From Phycisphaerae bacterium (GTDB lineage Bacteria > Planctomycetota > Phycisphaerae > UBA1845 > Fen-1342): a stretch of 64,000 nt of DNA. The DNA is taken from positions 21,983-85,982 of the forward strand of contig CAXXTC010000002.1 of NCBI GenBank assembly GCA_963666925.2. Reading direction: 5' to 3'. The first letter of the stretch is position 1; each line of letters starts with the position of its first letter. The notes beneath the pieces are model-generated. The model was not told the DNA's origin, ran no database searches, and saw nothing but the letters and a program-made list of their open reading frames with translations. A program made the translations under genes and the position numbers. This document shows, piece by piece, positions 37,948 to 47,457 of this stretch.

Positions 37948-38811
37948 TTATGCGGGAGTGGAGGGAGCCCGTGCATCGCGCGAATCGTCACGCCCCCAGG
38001 TGGCCTCACCGGCACGACGCCGGTGGGCGGCCTGGCGACGAGCAGCCAGATTCACGTACAAGTACACAGGGAGCGACAGCCACAAACCCGGCCGGGCCAG
38101 CACCCAGCGCCACAACGGCTCGCGGGCTGCCCGATGATCGGCCGTCGCCACGTGCGGAAACGCGCGGCGCAGTTGGGCATGCCCCAGGCGAACACGGGTC
38201 TTGGCACGAATCAGGCCCGCCAGCGTCCGCGGCGGATCAACACGCGACACCGCCGACGACACGGTCACGCGCTGTTCGGGCGGAAAACTGAAACGAACGA
38301 AGCCGTCGTCGTTGATGACGTCGGGGAACTGCTCGAAGCGCGCCCGGCCCGCCTGCGAGACGGCATATACGCCGGTGCCAACCTGCCCACCCACCTGGTT
38401 ATAGGGCAGACGCGTCCAGACACGGTAAAACGCGCGTACGGGCCAGGAGGTCTGCGACAGGTCCATGCGCAGCGCGGGCGTAGCAAAATGCGCATCGCCG
38501 CTTTGGAGCACCTCCGCGATGGCGCGGATCGAAGCAAGGTCGAGCACAACGTCGGCGTCGATATATATGCGGGGAAAGCCGGTGGCCGCCGCGTCGGCAG
38601 CGTTCAGGGCCGCAATCTTTGACGCCTGCGAAACCTCGATCACGCGTACCAGCGGACCACAGCGCCGGGCCAGTTCTGCGGTTTCGTCGGTGCAGCCGTT
38701 GCACGCGACGATCACTTCGAGCTCGCCGGGCGTAGCACCATCCACGATGGCGTGCAGGCCACGCTCGATGACGGCCGCCTCGTTATGTGCCGGAACAATG
38801 ATGGACAGCAT
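37948..38811 (-). CDS. Glycosyltransferase family 2
   Basis: SIIVPAHNE, NGCTD, YIDAD, INDDG. Confidence 0.9.
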   Translation of the reverse strand: MLSIIVPAHNEAAVIERGLHAIVDGATPGELEVIVACNGCTDETAELARRCGPLVRVIEVSQASKIAALNAADAAATGFPRIYIDADVVLDLASIRAIAEVLQSGDAHFATPALRMDLSQTSWPVRAFYRVWTRLPYNQVGGQVGTGVYAVSQAGRARFEQFPDVINDDGFVRFSFPPEQRVTVSSAVSRVDPPRTLAGLIRAKTRVRLGHAQLRRAFPHVATADHRAAREPLWRWVLARPGLWLSLPVYLYVNLAARRQAAHRRRAGEATWGRDDSRDARAPSTPA

Positions 38812-38820
38812 GCGGCGAAC

Positions 38821-39339
38821 TCACTCTTGAGCTGGTGAATCGGTGGCGGTGATCGGTTTCTGATTATCCAGGATGAACCCGCGCAAGGCATTGATCAAGT
38901 CGGGCGATGCGTGGGCATCGATGCGGTCGGCCGGGGAACTGCACAGCAGCGTATCGAGCCGATTGGGCAGTTCGTGCTCGTCGAAGGCGACCGCCACCTT
39001 GCCCATCTGGTCGAAGCGCCGGGCGGTAGCCACCTGGTGGTCGTTGCGCGTTTCGCGCAGGTCGCCGCGCCGCGGCATGACCAGCAGCGGCCGACCAAAC
39101 TGGAGCGCGGTAATGATGGTACCCATGCCGGCATGAGCCACGAGCGCTTGCGCGTCGGCCGCCTGCCGGCGAAACTCGTCCGGAGCGATAAACTCGGTCC
39201 ACTGCATGTGCTGGGGTTGCCAGGCGCCGGTGCCGATCTGCGCCAACACCGGCGTCTGCGGGTGTTCCGCCGCCCAGGCATCCACCGCGCGGATCAGCCG
39301 ATCGAAAGGCATCTGGGCGCCAACCGTCACCAGGATCAC
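38821..39339 (-). CDS. PssE/CpsG-like (Alg13-like, GT28 C-terminal) glycosyltransferase subunit
   Basis: ILVTVGAQMPFDRL, AHAGMGTI, VMPRR..ETRNDHQ; GTG start overlapping the upstream stop (GTGA). Confidence 0.9.
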   Translation of the reverse strand: MILVTVGAQMPFDRLIRAVDAWAAEHPQTPVLAQIGTGAWQPQHMQWTEFIAPDEFRRQAADAQALVAHAGMGTIITALQFGRPLLVMPRRGDLRETRNDHQVATARRFDQMGKVAVAFDEHELPNRLDTLLCSSPADRIDAHASPDLINALRGFILDNQKPITATDSPAQE

Positions 39340-39815
39340 AGCACGGCCCCCACGTATTGCGGGCCGTCGGCCGTGGCCAGGTGCGGCCACTGCGTCAGCC
39401 ACAGGTCGGCATAGGAACGCACGAGCCGCCCGGTCATCGACATTTCCTCGACGTTGGCAATGCTGTCGATCCAAACGGTGCGTGCGCCACACCACCGGCC
39501 AAAGCGAATCGCGAAATAGCCGGGCGCTGCACCGGTCGAAACCACCACGTCCGGCCTGACGCGCAGAACGATACTGAGAATCCGTGCGCACATGAGTAGA
39601 AGCTTGAGCCGATCCCAGCGGGTGGCGTCGTTGATAGCCCGAAACGGCGTGTCGGGAACATCAGAGCGATAGGCGCGATTGACCGTCACGTAGGTCACGT
39701 CACACCCCTGCCACGCCGGCCCCAGACGCAGCAGTTGCACCCAGTGGCCACCGCCCGAGGAGATCGCCAGCACGCGCCGGCGGCGCTGTTTGCTGCTGTT
39801 CATCACGGGCGACAT
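39336..39815 (-). CDS. PssD/CpsF-like (Alg14-like) glycosyltransferase subunit
   Basis: SSGGGHWVQL, RPDVVVSTGAAPG, WIDSIAN, LTQWPHL. Confidence 0.9.
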   Translation of the reverse strand: MSPVMNSSKQRRRRVLAISSGGGHWVQLLRLGPAWQGCDVTYVTVNRAYRSDVPDTPFRAINDATRWDRLKLLLMCARILSIVLRVRPDVVVSTGAAPGYFAIRFGRWCGARTVWIDSIANVEEMSMTGRLVRSYADLWLTQWPHLATADGPQYVGAVL

Positions 39816-40519
39816 TCCTGCAACTCGCTCCAGGTGCGCAACGTGAAACCTTCGTCGCGAGCCAGTTTCAACAACTGCTCGGTCGTCATGAGCATGTGCT
39901 CGGCCCAGGGCTGGTGCTCGGGCGGACGATCAAAATCGTGCATCAGCACCACGGCGCCGCCCAGTTCGCGCACCTGTTGTGCAATTCCTGCCGGCGTAGC
40001 ATGAACGCGGCGCGTATCGCCGGAGTCCAATGTCCACCAGGCCACCGGCGTGCCGCGCCGGCGCAGCCGCCACCAGGTCGGCAGCGTGAGCTTGCCCTCG
40101 GGCGGCCGATAGGGAGCATTAGGCGAAACCCACTCCGCGAGGGCCGTGTAGCCACGGTTCATATCGGACAGGGCACGCCAAGGCGACACGCGCCAGGCGC
40201 TGATGTGCGTATCGGAATGGCAGCCCAGTTCGTGGCCGGCGCTGGCCGCGGCACCAACCACGTCGCCGGCATCGCGGGCGCGACTCCCCAGCAGGAAAAA
40301 GCTGGCGCGGGCATCGTAGCGTGCCAGCAAATCGAGCAGGCGAGGCGTGAGCACGGAGCCCGGCCCATCATCATAGGTCAGCACGATCGAACGCGTCGCC
40401 CGGCAGAGCTTGTCCAGTCGGCGTACCTGGCGCAGCCGCAACAAGTGCGGCGAATAATAAAGCGCCCCGGCCAAACCGACCGCCAAACCCCCGATAACCA
40501 TGCCGCCGATCGCGGTCAC
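39803..40519 (-). CDS. Polysaccharide deacetylase (CE4/NodB-like)
   Basis: LTYDDGP, ASFFLLG, HELGCHSDTH, YRPPEG, VVLMHD. Confidence 0.9.
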   Translation of the reverse strand: MTAIGGMVIGGLAVGLAGALYYSPHLLRLRQVRRLDKLCRATRSIVLTYDDGPGSVLTPRLLDLLARYDARASFFLLGSRARDAGDVVGAAASAGHELGCHSDTHISAWRVSPWRALSDMNRGYTALAEWVSPNAPYRPPEGKLTLPTWWRLRRRGTPVAWWTLDSGDTRRVHATPAGIAQQVRELGGAVVLMHDFDRPPEHQPWAEHMLMTTEQLLKLARDEGFTLRTWSELQECRP

Positions 40520-41361
40520 GCCTGTTCACCCGCGCTCAGCGTCGGCCGACGTCCCGCACAAACTCGCCGCAAGCGACGCAGCAGCCCGCGGTACGGACCC
40601 AGCCACGCATAGCCCCCGGCACAGGTCAGCACGAACTCAATTAGCCAGGTGTCAGGCGTCATGCCGAAGCGCCCGATAACGGGGGCCTGATTATCCGACA
40701 CGAGCTGTTCGCGGAGCGTATACGTGCGCTGATAGCCGGCCCGACACGCAGCCTGCAAGACACGCTCGTCAAACTCGCCATAGGGCAGCGCCAGATCAAC
40801 GATTGGCCGATCGGTCAACTCCTCCAACGCCCGTCGGCACTCTTCCAGCTCCATGTGCAAAGCGTGATCGTCCAGGTCTGGCAAGCGCGCGTGCGAAACC
40901 GTGTGGGCACCGGGCACCAGCAGATCTTCGCGGACGGCCGCACTGTATTCCGCAGCACTCATGACCCGCTCGTTGCGCTCGGGATGATCGGCCGGCATTG
41001 GCCAGCGCGGCGGTTGGTCGAAATTGCCCGTGACGGCAAAAACCAACGGTTTGGCATTATGGGACTGCAATACGGGCAACGCGTTGTCGAGCAGATTCGC
41101 GAACGCATCATCAAAGGTCAGCCAGACGACCGGGCCGGCGACTGAGCCGTCCTCCGCCGCCAGGTCGCCGGGCGTGCGCAGAAGGCTGCGGGCTTGGCGG
41201 ATCTGCCGGGCGAAACGCTCGCGCTGTTCATCACGAACCCCGTGGTAACAAAGCACGACTGCGCGCCGCCGATATGCCCGACCAAAACCGGTGAGCAGCC
41301 ACCACAGCAGCGCCAGGCACAGGTACACCAGACGTACCAGCAGGCCGCGCTTGTCGTACAC
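40516..41361 (-). CDS. Polysaccharide deacetylase (CE4, IcaB/PgaB-like)
   Basis: VLCYHGV, LTFDDA, GAHTVSHARL, LALPYG. Confidence 0.9.
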   Translation of the reverse strand: MYDKRGLLVRLVYLCLALLWWLLTGFGRAYRRRAVVLCYHGVRDEQRERFARQIRQARSLLRTPGDLAAEDGSVAGPVVWLTFDDAFANLLDNALPVLQSHNAKPLVFAVTGNFDQPPRWPMPADHPERNERVMSAAEYSAAVREDLLVPGAHTVSHARLPDLDDHALHMELEECRRALEELTDRPIVDLALPYGEFDERVLQAACRAGYQRTYTLREQLVSDNQAPVIGRFGMTPDTWLIEFVLTCAGGYAWLGPYRGLLRRLRRVCAGRRPTLSAGEQA

Positions 41362-42551
41362 TAGGCGTCTCCCGCGGGGGACTGGTTCGCGTCATCGACG
41401 GCAGCGGCATGGTCGTCGGCCGCTTCTTTGGCTGCGTCGCGGAGTTGGCGTCCGCTCAGCCGACGGTAGAGCGTTTCCGCGCGTTCGAGCAGCCAGGCGC
41501 GCCACGCTGACGGTGCACAGCCGAACTCGCCCACGAACGTCACCACGCGTGCCCCGAGCCGCAATTTCGCCTCGGCCACACTGCGATTCTCATGCGGGTC
41601 ATAACCGCCAAAATCGTACTGGGTACAGCCGGCCTCGCGGGCACGTTTGATCCGCTCCCACCACACCAGGTTGGCAGCGAAGCAGTCGCGTCCCTCAACA
41701 TTGGCTGCTCCGATAATGCCCAGGCAGGTTTGCCCGAGACAACTGGCGATCTGGCCGGCCAACAAGCGCCCGTCCAGATGGCAAAGGGTCACCTCCATGC
41801 GCAGGTCCGGGGGGAGTTGCTGATTCACGCGGCGCATCTCCGCACCGTCGATCCCGCGGAACCACTTGACGCGTTTCAGTTCTTCATAGATCGGGAGAAA
41901 TTCCGCGAACGACTCGTCACGCAGATCGGTCTGAACGGTCAACTCGCTGCGTTCGGCCCGGTTGAGATACTGCCGCCAGCGCCGCTGGAAACGCGCCCGG
42001 ATTTCGTCAAGCGTGGGGGTCAGGTCAAGCAACAGGGTCTGGTCAGGCGCCCGGTGCGGCGTGGGCTGATAGCCGGCCGCGGCCAGCACCTCGGCACACT
42101 GCTCGTAATCCTCGTCTTCCTGCCAGATGCGCGGGCGCAGCCGCAGGCAGTGCCCCTGGTTCTCGACGTAGTATTGGCGCAGAGCGGTCAGGACGTCTTG
42201 CAGATCGCGTGGCGTAGCCCCCGGGCGTCGCCACAGCGGACCGCCCAAGGCATACGCCACCCCCCAGCCCAACAGCGGGAGTTGCTTGATGCGCACGCTG
42301 CATGCACCGATAACGGCGTCGCCGCGACAGATCAGTGCGCGACTGGTGCTCGCGCGTCGACCGGCGGCCGTCACTTCCGCGAACGCCGGCGTCTGGTAGA
42401 GCGTCAGGTCCGAGAAACGACCGGCCTCCGCGTAAAAACGCTCTGCCGACGGATCAGGCTCGATCCGCACTGACGGCGCGCCGGGAGCGCCGGCCATAGC
42501 CGATTCACCAGCGGAAGGCTGGGTCTGGGCGATGCTGCGCAGAAAATTCAC
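41361..42551 (-). CDS. FemAB-like GNAT (aminoacyl/acyl transferase)
   Basis: LYQT, YALGGPLW, TLLLDL, YDFGG, K.RLG. Confidence 0.8.
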   Translation of the reverse strand: MNFLRSIAQTQPSAGESAMAGAPGAPSVRIEPDPSAERFYAEAGRFSDLTLYQTPAFAEVTAAGRRASTSRALICRGDAVIGACSVRIKQLPLLGWGVAYALGGPLWRRPGATPRDLQDVLTALRQYYVENQGHCLRLRPRIWQEDEDYEQCAEVLAAAGYQPTPHRAPDQTLLLDLTPTLDEIRARFQRRWRQYLNRAERSELTVQTDLRDESFAEFLPIYEELKRVKWFRGIDGAEMRRVNQQLPPDLRMEVTLCHLDGRLLAGQIASCLGQTCLGIIGAANVEGRDCFAANLVWWERIKRAREAGCTQYDFGGYDPHENRSVAEAKLRLGARVVTFVGEFGCAPSAWRAWLLERAETLYRRLSGRQLRDAAKEAADDHAAAVDDANQSPAGDA

Positions 42552-43798
42552 GCGGTGGGCCCTTTCGGTTGAGCTACGGCCGAAGGTGCAACTACCGATG
42601 TCATCGGCATTGTCGCCCGGCGCGCGTCGCTACCCGACAAACGCGTGCCGATCGCAGCAACCGCAGCGATCATATACTCGATCTCGCTGTCCTTCAGATC
42701 CTGATGCACGGGCAACGCAAACACGTGGTCCTTCAGATAACACGCGTCCGGATAATCCTGCCAGGGCAGGCCGCGATGATAGCCGCCCCACCACGGAATC
42801 GCCGGTATGCCCGCCTCAGCCAACGAGCGAACCCACTGGTTACGTTCGGACGTGACCAGCGGCAAAACGAGCGGACAAACGCCCGCGGGGAGTGGGGGCA
42901 TCAGCGGGCGCAATTGCGGCACGCCCTCGATCCCCGCCAACAAACGTTCGTAGTGAGCGCGGCGCCGGCGGATCACTGTTTCGGGGTCGACCAGCCGCAG
43001 CAGGCCGCGTGTGATCCGTGCACAACGCCAAGTGCCGACGGCAGCGCGGAAGTAATAACCCGCGGGCATGTCGGGATAGGCGCCGCTGTCGCGTGTTTCG
43101 AGGTCGGCCACGGACTCCGCCGACCGAGAGCGGCCGGGTGTCCAGCCGCAGGCCGCGGCGCTGGCGTGCAGATAACGTTTGGTCAGCGACAGCAATCCGT
43201 GCAGCACGGACCGCGTACCGGGGGCGACGAGTTTCAGCGTGGGCAGGGGCTCACGGGTAACCAGCACCCCGCCATCGGGGACGCCGAGCGTTTTGGTGAA
43301 GCTGAACACCGCCGCGTCGCCGCTGGTGCCGAGCCAATGTTCGTCTGATCGACTGAACAGGGACAACGCACAGTCTTCGACCAAATGTATGTCGCGTTGG
43401 CGACAGATTTGGCGCAGCTCTTCGAGGTCCTGGGGCCAGCCGAAGTAGTGGGTCACGTGGACGATTCGGGTGCGGTCATTAATGCGTCCGCGCAGGTCGT
43501 CGAGATCGATATAGGCCTGGCGGTCAACGCGATACAACTGGACATCGAGGCCGCGGCTGAGATAGGGATCGACCTCGGAGCCGCAGTTATACGCCGGCAG
43601 CAGCACGCGGTCGCCAGCGTGCAGCGTCCAGACATCGCAGAGCAGCGCCAGTCCGGTGCGGGCGCGGTGTATCAGCAAACACCCGGGGGCATCGAGCTGC
43701 GGCCACGACGGTGGCTGCGACCGGGCCCGAAGCGCTGCCCGCAGCAGCGCCAGCGGCGATTGTCTGGGCAGGCCAACGTACTTGGGTGTGGCGCTCAT
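42548..43798 (-). CDS. DegT/DnrJ/EryC1-family PLP aminotransferase
   Basis: LPAYNC, THYFG, VEDCA, FSFTKTL..PDGG, LPVHQ; ATGA overlap with the upstream gene. Confidence 0.85.
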   Translation of the reverse strand: MSATPKYVGLPRQSPLALLRAALRARSQPPSWPQLDAPGCLLIHRARTGLALLCDVWTLHAGDRVLLPAYNCGSEVDPYLSRGLDVQLYRVDRQAYIDLDDLRGRINDRTRIVHVTHYFGWPQDLEELRQICRQRDIHLVEDCALSLFSRSDEHWLGTSGDAAVFSFTKTLGVPDGGVLVTREPLPTLKLVAPGTRSVLHGLLSLTKRYLHASAAACGWTPGRSRSAESVADLETRDSGAYPDMPAGYYFRAAVGTWRCARITRGLLRLVDPETVIRRRRAHYERLLAGIEGVPQLRPLMPPLPAGVCPLVLPLVTSERNQWVRSLAEAGIPAIPWWGGYHRGLPWQDYPDACYLKDHVFALPVHQDLKDSEIEYMIAAVAAIGTRLSGSDARRATMPMTSVVAPSAVAQPKGPTA

Positions 43799-45000
43799 AA
43801 TCGCGAGCGTATCCAGGTGGGCCACAACGGGCCGCGTGTCCAGGGGGCATAGCGTGCTGCCCGACGAAACCAGATCTTGTGATACAAAATATGCAGCAGG
43901 TCGGCAAAGTGTCCGAACCAGCGCAGCCGAGCCGGCGTCAGTCGATCGCGCCGTACCAGCACGAGCGAACGCACGTCGTCCTGGCGCGCCCCGAGTAGCG
44001 TCTTATGCTCGTAATAGCCGGTGCCCAGGTCCATCCAGGTGGCGCCGGCGTCGATGGCCGACGAGATCGCTCGTACCAGGCCGACGTTGCCCAAGCTGAA
44101 ATCGTCCCACGGCGCGCCGACGCGCCGCGCGCTCAGCCAGGCATACCACCGGCCGCCCAGCAGGTATGCGTAGCGCGCCCCGACCAACGTGTCGTCACAG
44201 AACATGTTCACGAGCCGGCTACGCCCGCAACGCGCCTGCTGCGCGACGACGTCACGGTGAAACGCCCGCGCGCTGGGCCAGTCGCCGAAATGTCCGGGTG
44301 CACCACGCGCCTGCCACTGCCGAGCGTGCAGCTCCACCATCGCTTCAAAAGCGGCGGGCAGCTCGTCGCCGGGGTCTGCGACGATCTCCTCGCGTGTCGT
44401 ATGCGCCGCGGTCAAATCGCGCCATTTACGCCGATAGGACTTGCGCTGCTGCTTGCTGAGACTGGCCAGATATTCGTCGAAAGTGCTCGGAAGCTGGACG
44501 TGCATGTGCACGCCGACGCTGGCGTCGCGCGCCAGCACAAACTCCGGCCGCTCTCGGGCGACGGCTTCGTGCAGGGCCGCGAAACCCGGAAGACCGGCAG
44601 ACAGCGGCCCCAGACATATCACATCACAGGCACCCGCGGACAACAGCGAGCCGGCGGCGCTCGTGATCAGCGGCGCGACCAGCGAAGAATCGATCGGCGG
44701 GTTGTAGATTCCGGGTGTGAAATCTGACCCGACTATGCGCGCCACGCGCAAACTCACCGGCCCCAGTCGAACGCGATCGAGCAGCAGCGGTAATACGCCC
44801 CCGAGCTGGCCGGCCGGCCGAGTGCTGAAGATGTGCAGGGCGCGCGAGCCGCCGTAGTGCTCCCACCAGGTACGACACCACGCGTGCGTCAGCCGGATAT
44901 CGCCGCCAGTGCGCTCGACGAGCGCATCCCATTCGCCCTCGTCGAACTGGTCGAACGACGAGTGCTCGGCTACAGCGGTGGTCGGGTTAGGACGAATCAT
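43795..45000 (-). CDS. GNAT acetyltransferase, CelD/BcsL type
   Basis: W..TWW..Y, LPSTFDEYLASLSK..RK, LH..QW, SLG, DLGTG...K. Confidence 0.8.
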   Translation of the reverse strand: MIRPNPTTAVAEHSSFDQFDEGEWDALVERTGGDIRLTHAWCRTWWEHYGGSRALHIFSTRPAGQLGGVLPLLLDRVRLGPVSLRVARIVGSDFTPGIYNPPIDSSLVAPLITSAAGSLLSAGACDVICLGPLSAGLPGFAALHEAVARERPEFVLARDASVGVHMHVQLPSTFDEYLASLSKQQRKSYRRKWRDLTAAHTTREEIVADPGDELPAAFEAMVELHARQWQARGAPGHFGDWPSARAFHRDVVAQQARCGRSRLVNMFCDDTLVGARYAYLLGGRWYAWLSARRVGAPWDDFSLGNVGLVRAISSAIDAGATWMDLGTGYYEHKTLLGARQDDVRSLVLVRRDRLTPARLRWFGHFADLLHILYHKIWFRRAARYAPWTRGPLWPTWIRSRL

Positions 45001-46043
45001 GCCTCAGTTGCCGGTCGGGGGACAGCAGTGCTTCGGGACGTTGTTTCGGCACCCGCGCGGGTCAGCAGGAAACGCAGGACGGCGGCGTTACAGGCGGCGC
45101 GATTGGCGGCCCGCTCACCGCCGCCGGCCAATCGCCGACCGGTCCACCCCAGCCAACGCAACACGCCACCCAAGATCAGAAAAACCCGGGCCGCCGCAAA
45201 CGCCAGTGGGCCGAGGTTCTTGCGATGATAAATGAGCAGACTCTTCTGCTGTTGCACGAACATGCGTACGTTTACGAGCCGGGTGCTCTGCCCGCCGCCC
45301 TCGCGATGAATGATGCGCCCCACCGGCGCAAACAGGCAGCGCCAGCCGGCCCGATGAAACCGGTAGCACCAGTCCATTTCTTCGCCGTAGACGAAGTAAT
45401 CCTCGTCCATCAGTCCCACCTGTTGAGCGGCGGCCGGACGCACCAGCATGAACATGCCCGAAACGACCTCGACGTCGCGTTCGGTATCGCGCTGCCAGCC
45501 GGCCAGTTCCTCGGCATTGAGCCAGGGCGAGCGCCGAAAGAGGCTGCTGATCCCGACCATCCGCAGAAAAACATACCAGGGCGTGGCGAAACGAAAACAG
45601 GTCTGCTGAATATCGACCTCGTTCTCCAGCACCTGGCAGCCCATGACGGCGACGTTCGCGTGAGCGTCCGCGCAGGCGATCGAGCGGGCCAGGCAATCGT
45701 CCAGCACGATCGTGTCCGGGTTCAGCAGCAGCCAGTAGCGGCCGCGGGCGATTTGCATACCCTGGTTGTTGGCGGCGGCAAAGCCGCGATTATCGTCGTT
45801 GGCGATGAGCACCGCGTCGGGAAACTCCGCCCGCACCATCTCGGCCGAGCCGTCGCCGCTGGCGTTGTCGACGACTATGACCTCCAGCGGGAACTGCTCG
45901 GCGGCCGGCACGAGCGAATTCAGACAATCGCGCAGCAGATCGCGCGCGTTCCAGTTAACGATGATCACCGACAGCTCGCAGGGCGTGTCCGCGTGCTGTT
46001 GCACGAAACGCGTCGGCGTCGGACTGGAATTGCGCTCGGCCAC
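44997..46043 (-). CDS. Glycosyltransferase family 2 (rhamnosyltransferase-like)
   Basis: VIIVNWN, VVDNASGDGS, NRGFAAANN, LLLNPD, MDEDYFVYGEEMDWC. Confidence 0.92.
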   Translation of the reverse strand: MAERNSSPTPTRFVQQHADTPCELSVIIVNWNARDLLRDCLNSLVPAAEQFPLEVIVVDNASGDGSAEMVRAEFPDAVLIANDDNRGFAAANNQGMQIARGRYWLLLNPDTIVLDDCLARSIACADAHANVAVMGCQVLENEVDIQQTCFRFATPWYVFLRMVGISSLFRRSPWLNAEELAGWQRDTERDVEVVSGMFMLVRPAAAQQVGLMDEDYFVYGEEMDWCYRFHRAGWRCLFAPVGRIIHREGGGQSTRLVNVRMFVQQQKSLLIYHRKNLGPLAFAAARVFLILGGVLRWLGWTGRRLAGGGERAANRAACNAAVLRFLLTRAGAETTSRSTAVPRPATEA

Positions 46044-46068
46044 TTGCTCTCCGAAAACAAACTCGCGA

Positions 46069-47433
46069 TCAGAGGACGGAACAGGGACGCCGGGGCGCCG
46101 GGGGCCTGGCCCGCGTAACCGCCCGCGCCGGCTGCAACGCCCGGGCCGGCGACAGGCTCGCGATCATCGCCAGCGACAGATACCAGAGCATGTTGATCTG
46201 ACCGAAGTAGGACACGCCCCAGAAGCACATCACGTGCACGAAGAGCGATACTCCCAGCCCCCACGCCAGGGCTAGCTCGGTGCGCCGCGATGTTACCCGC
46301 GGCAACAATCGCCCGATGCCGGCGAAGGCCTCAACGATGATCGCGACGAAAAACACCAGGGTGATCAGCCCGCCCTGCACACCTTCGAGGATGTACTGGT
46401 TGGTGATGTCCAGAGCCGGGAAGACCGACTGCCAGCTACTGGGGTTGCGCGCCCCGATCAGCCACCAGTCGCCGAAGTTGTTCACGGCCAGATCGATAAT
46501 CCAGTAGCGGTGCCAGCCGGTGGAGCCGCCGGCCAGGTCGAGTTGGGCGAACAGGTACCAGACTGGCCGGGGCATCATCACGTGAAGAGCCGCCAATGCT
46601 CCCAGGATACTCCAGCGCACCAGGCGCAGGCGATCGCGCACGTAGAACGCCAGCCCGCCGATCAATGCGGCCATGGTCGCTCCGAGCGGCACGCTCGACG
46701 CGCAAGTGATAATGATCACCAGGCAGCCGATCGTCCCCGCCACCAGCAGCCAGCGCTGCCGATATTTCGTCCACCACAGGCTGACCACCAGCGGTAGGCC
46801 GACGGCCCAGAAACAGCCGGCCAGGATCGGATGCGCAAAGGCCCCCTGACAACGCAAACGTCCCTGCCTGATCATGGTGATCTCGGGCACGCCGCCAAAA
46901 GTCGCGAACAGGTTGCGCCCGGTGGTGTGTTCGAGCAGGAAGAAACAAGCCACCGGCAGGCTCAGCAGGGCAAACGTCTTGGCAATTGTGGCGACGTCGC
47001 TCCAGTTGCGTACCAGGCAGCGGAACAGGAAGTATCCGCCGATAATGTTGAACGCCCAGCCCATCCGATAAACGAAGCTCGAGCCGGTGGCTTGCAGCAC
47101 GGAGAAAGTCACCGTGCCGGCCACCGCCCAGCAACACACCAGCGTGTCGATTCGCTTCCACCGAAAACCGGCCAATTCGCCCCGCAGCATGACCCGCGCC
47201 CAGCCGAACAGAATCAGCACACGCAGAAAATCGAAATCGAGCGTGGCGATGACGATGCGCTGCGCGCCGGCCACAAATGAGGCCATGATCAGCACGGGCA
47301 CGATCGACAGCCGGCGCGGCAACAGGACCAGCGCCAGTCCGAGCACAATCAGGACGGCCAGACCCACCGGGTTCACGGTGGTGTGGCCCATCCACTCGCC
47401 GACTCCGAACTGATAGTCCTCGTCCATACTCAA
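46069..47433 (-). CDS. Wzy-like polymerase / O-antigen ligase family membrane protein
   Basis: About 11 TM; R.QGAFAHPILAG, STGWHR, DITNQYI. Confidence 0.75.
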   Translation of the reverse strand: MSMDEDYQFGVGEWMGHTTVNPVGLAVLIVLGLALVLLPRRLSIVPVLIMASFVAGAQRIVIATLDFDFLRVLILFGWARVMLRGELAGFRWKRIDTLVCCWAVAGTVTFSVLQATGSSFVYRMGWAFNIIGGYFLFRCLVRNWSDVATIAKTFALLSLPVACFFLLEHTTGRNLFATFGGVPEITMIRQGRLRCQGAFAHPILAGCFWAVGLPLVVSLWWTKYRQRWLLVAGTIGCLVIIITCASSVPLGATMAALIGGLAFYVRDRLRLVRWSILGALAALHVMMPRPVWYLFAQLDLAGGSTGWHRYWIIDLAVNNFGDWWLIGARNPSSWQSVFPALDITNQYILEGVQGGLITLVFFVAIIVEAFAGIGRLLPRVTSRRTELALAWGLGVSLFVHVMCFWGVSYFGQINMLWYLSLAMIASLSPARALQPARAVTRARPPAPRRPCSVL

Positions 47434-47457
47434 TGTTCCCGCGAAACCAATCGAATA

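Noticed and set aside
46069..46130. RARPP near the C-terminus of the Wzy-like protein as another arrest motif
   Set aside because: It does not match R(A/G)PP, lies in a Pro/Arg-rich tail, and has no paralog support.
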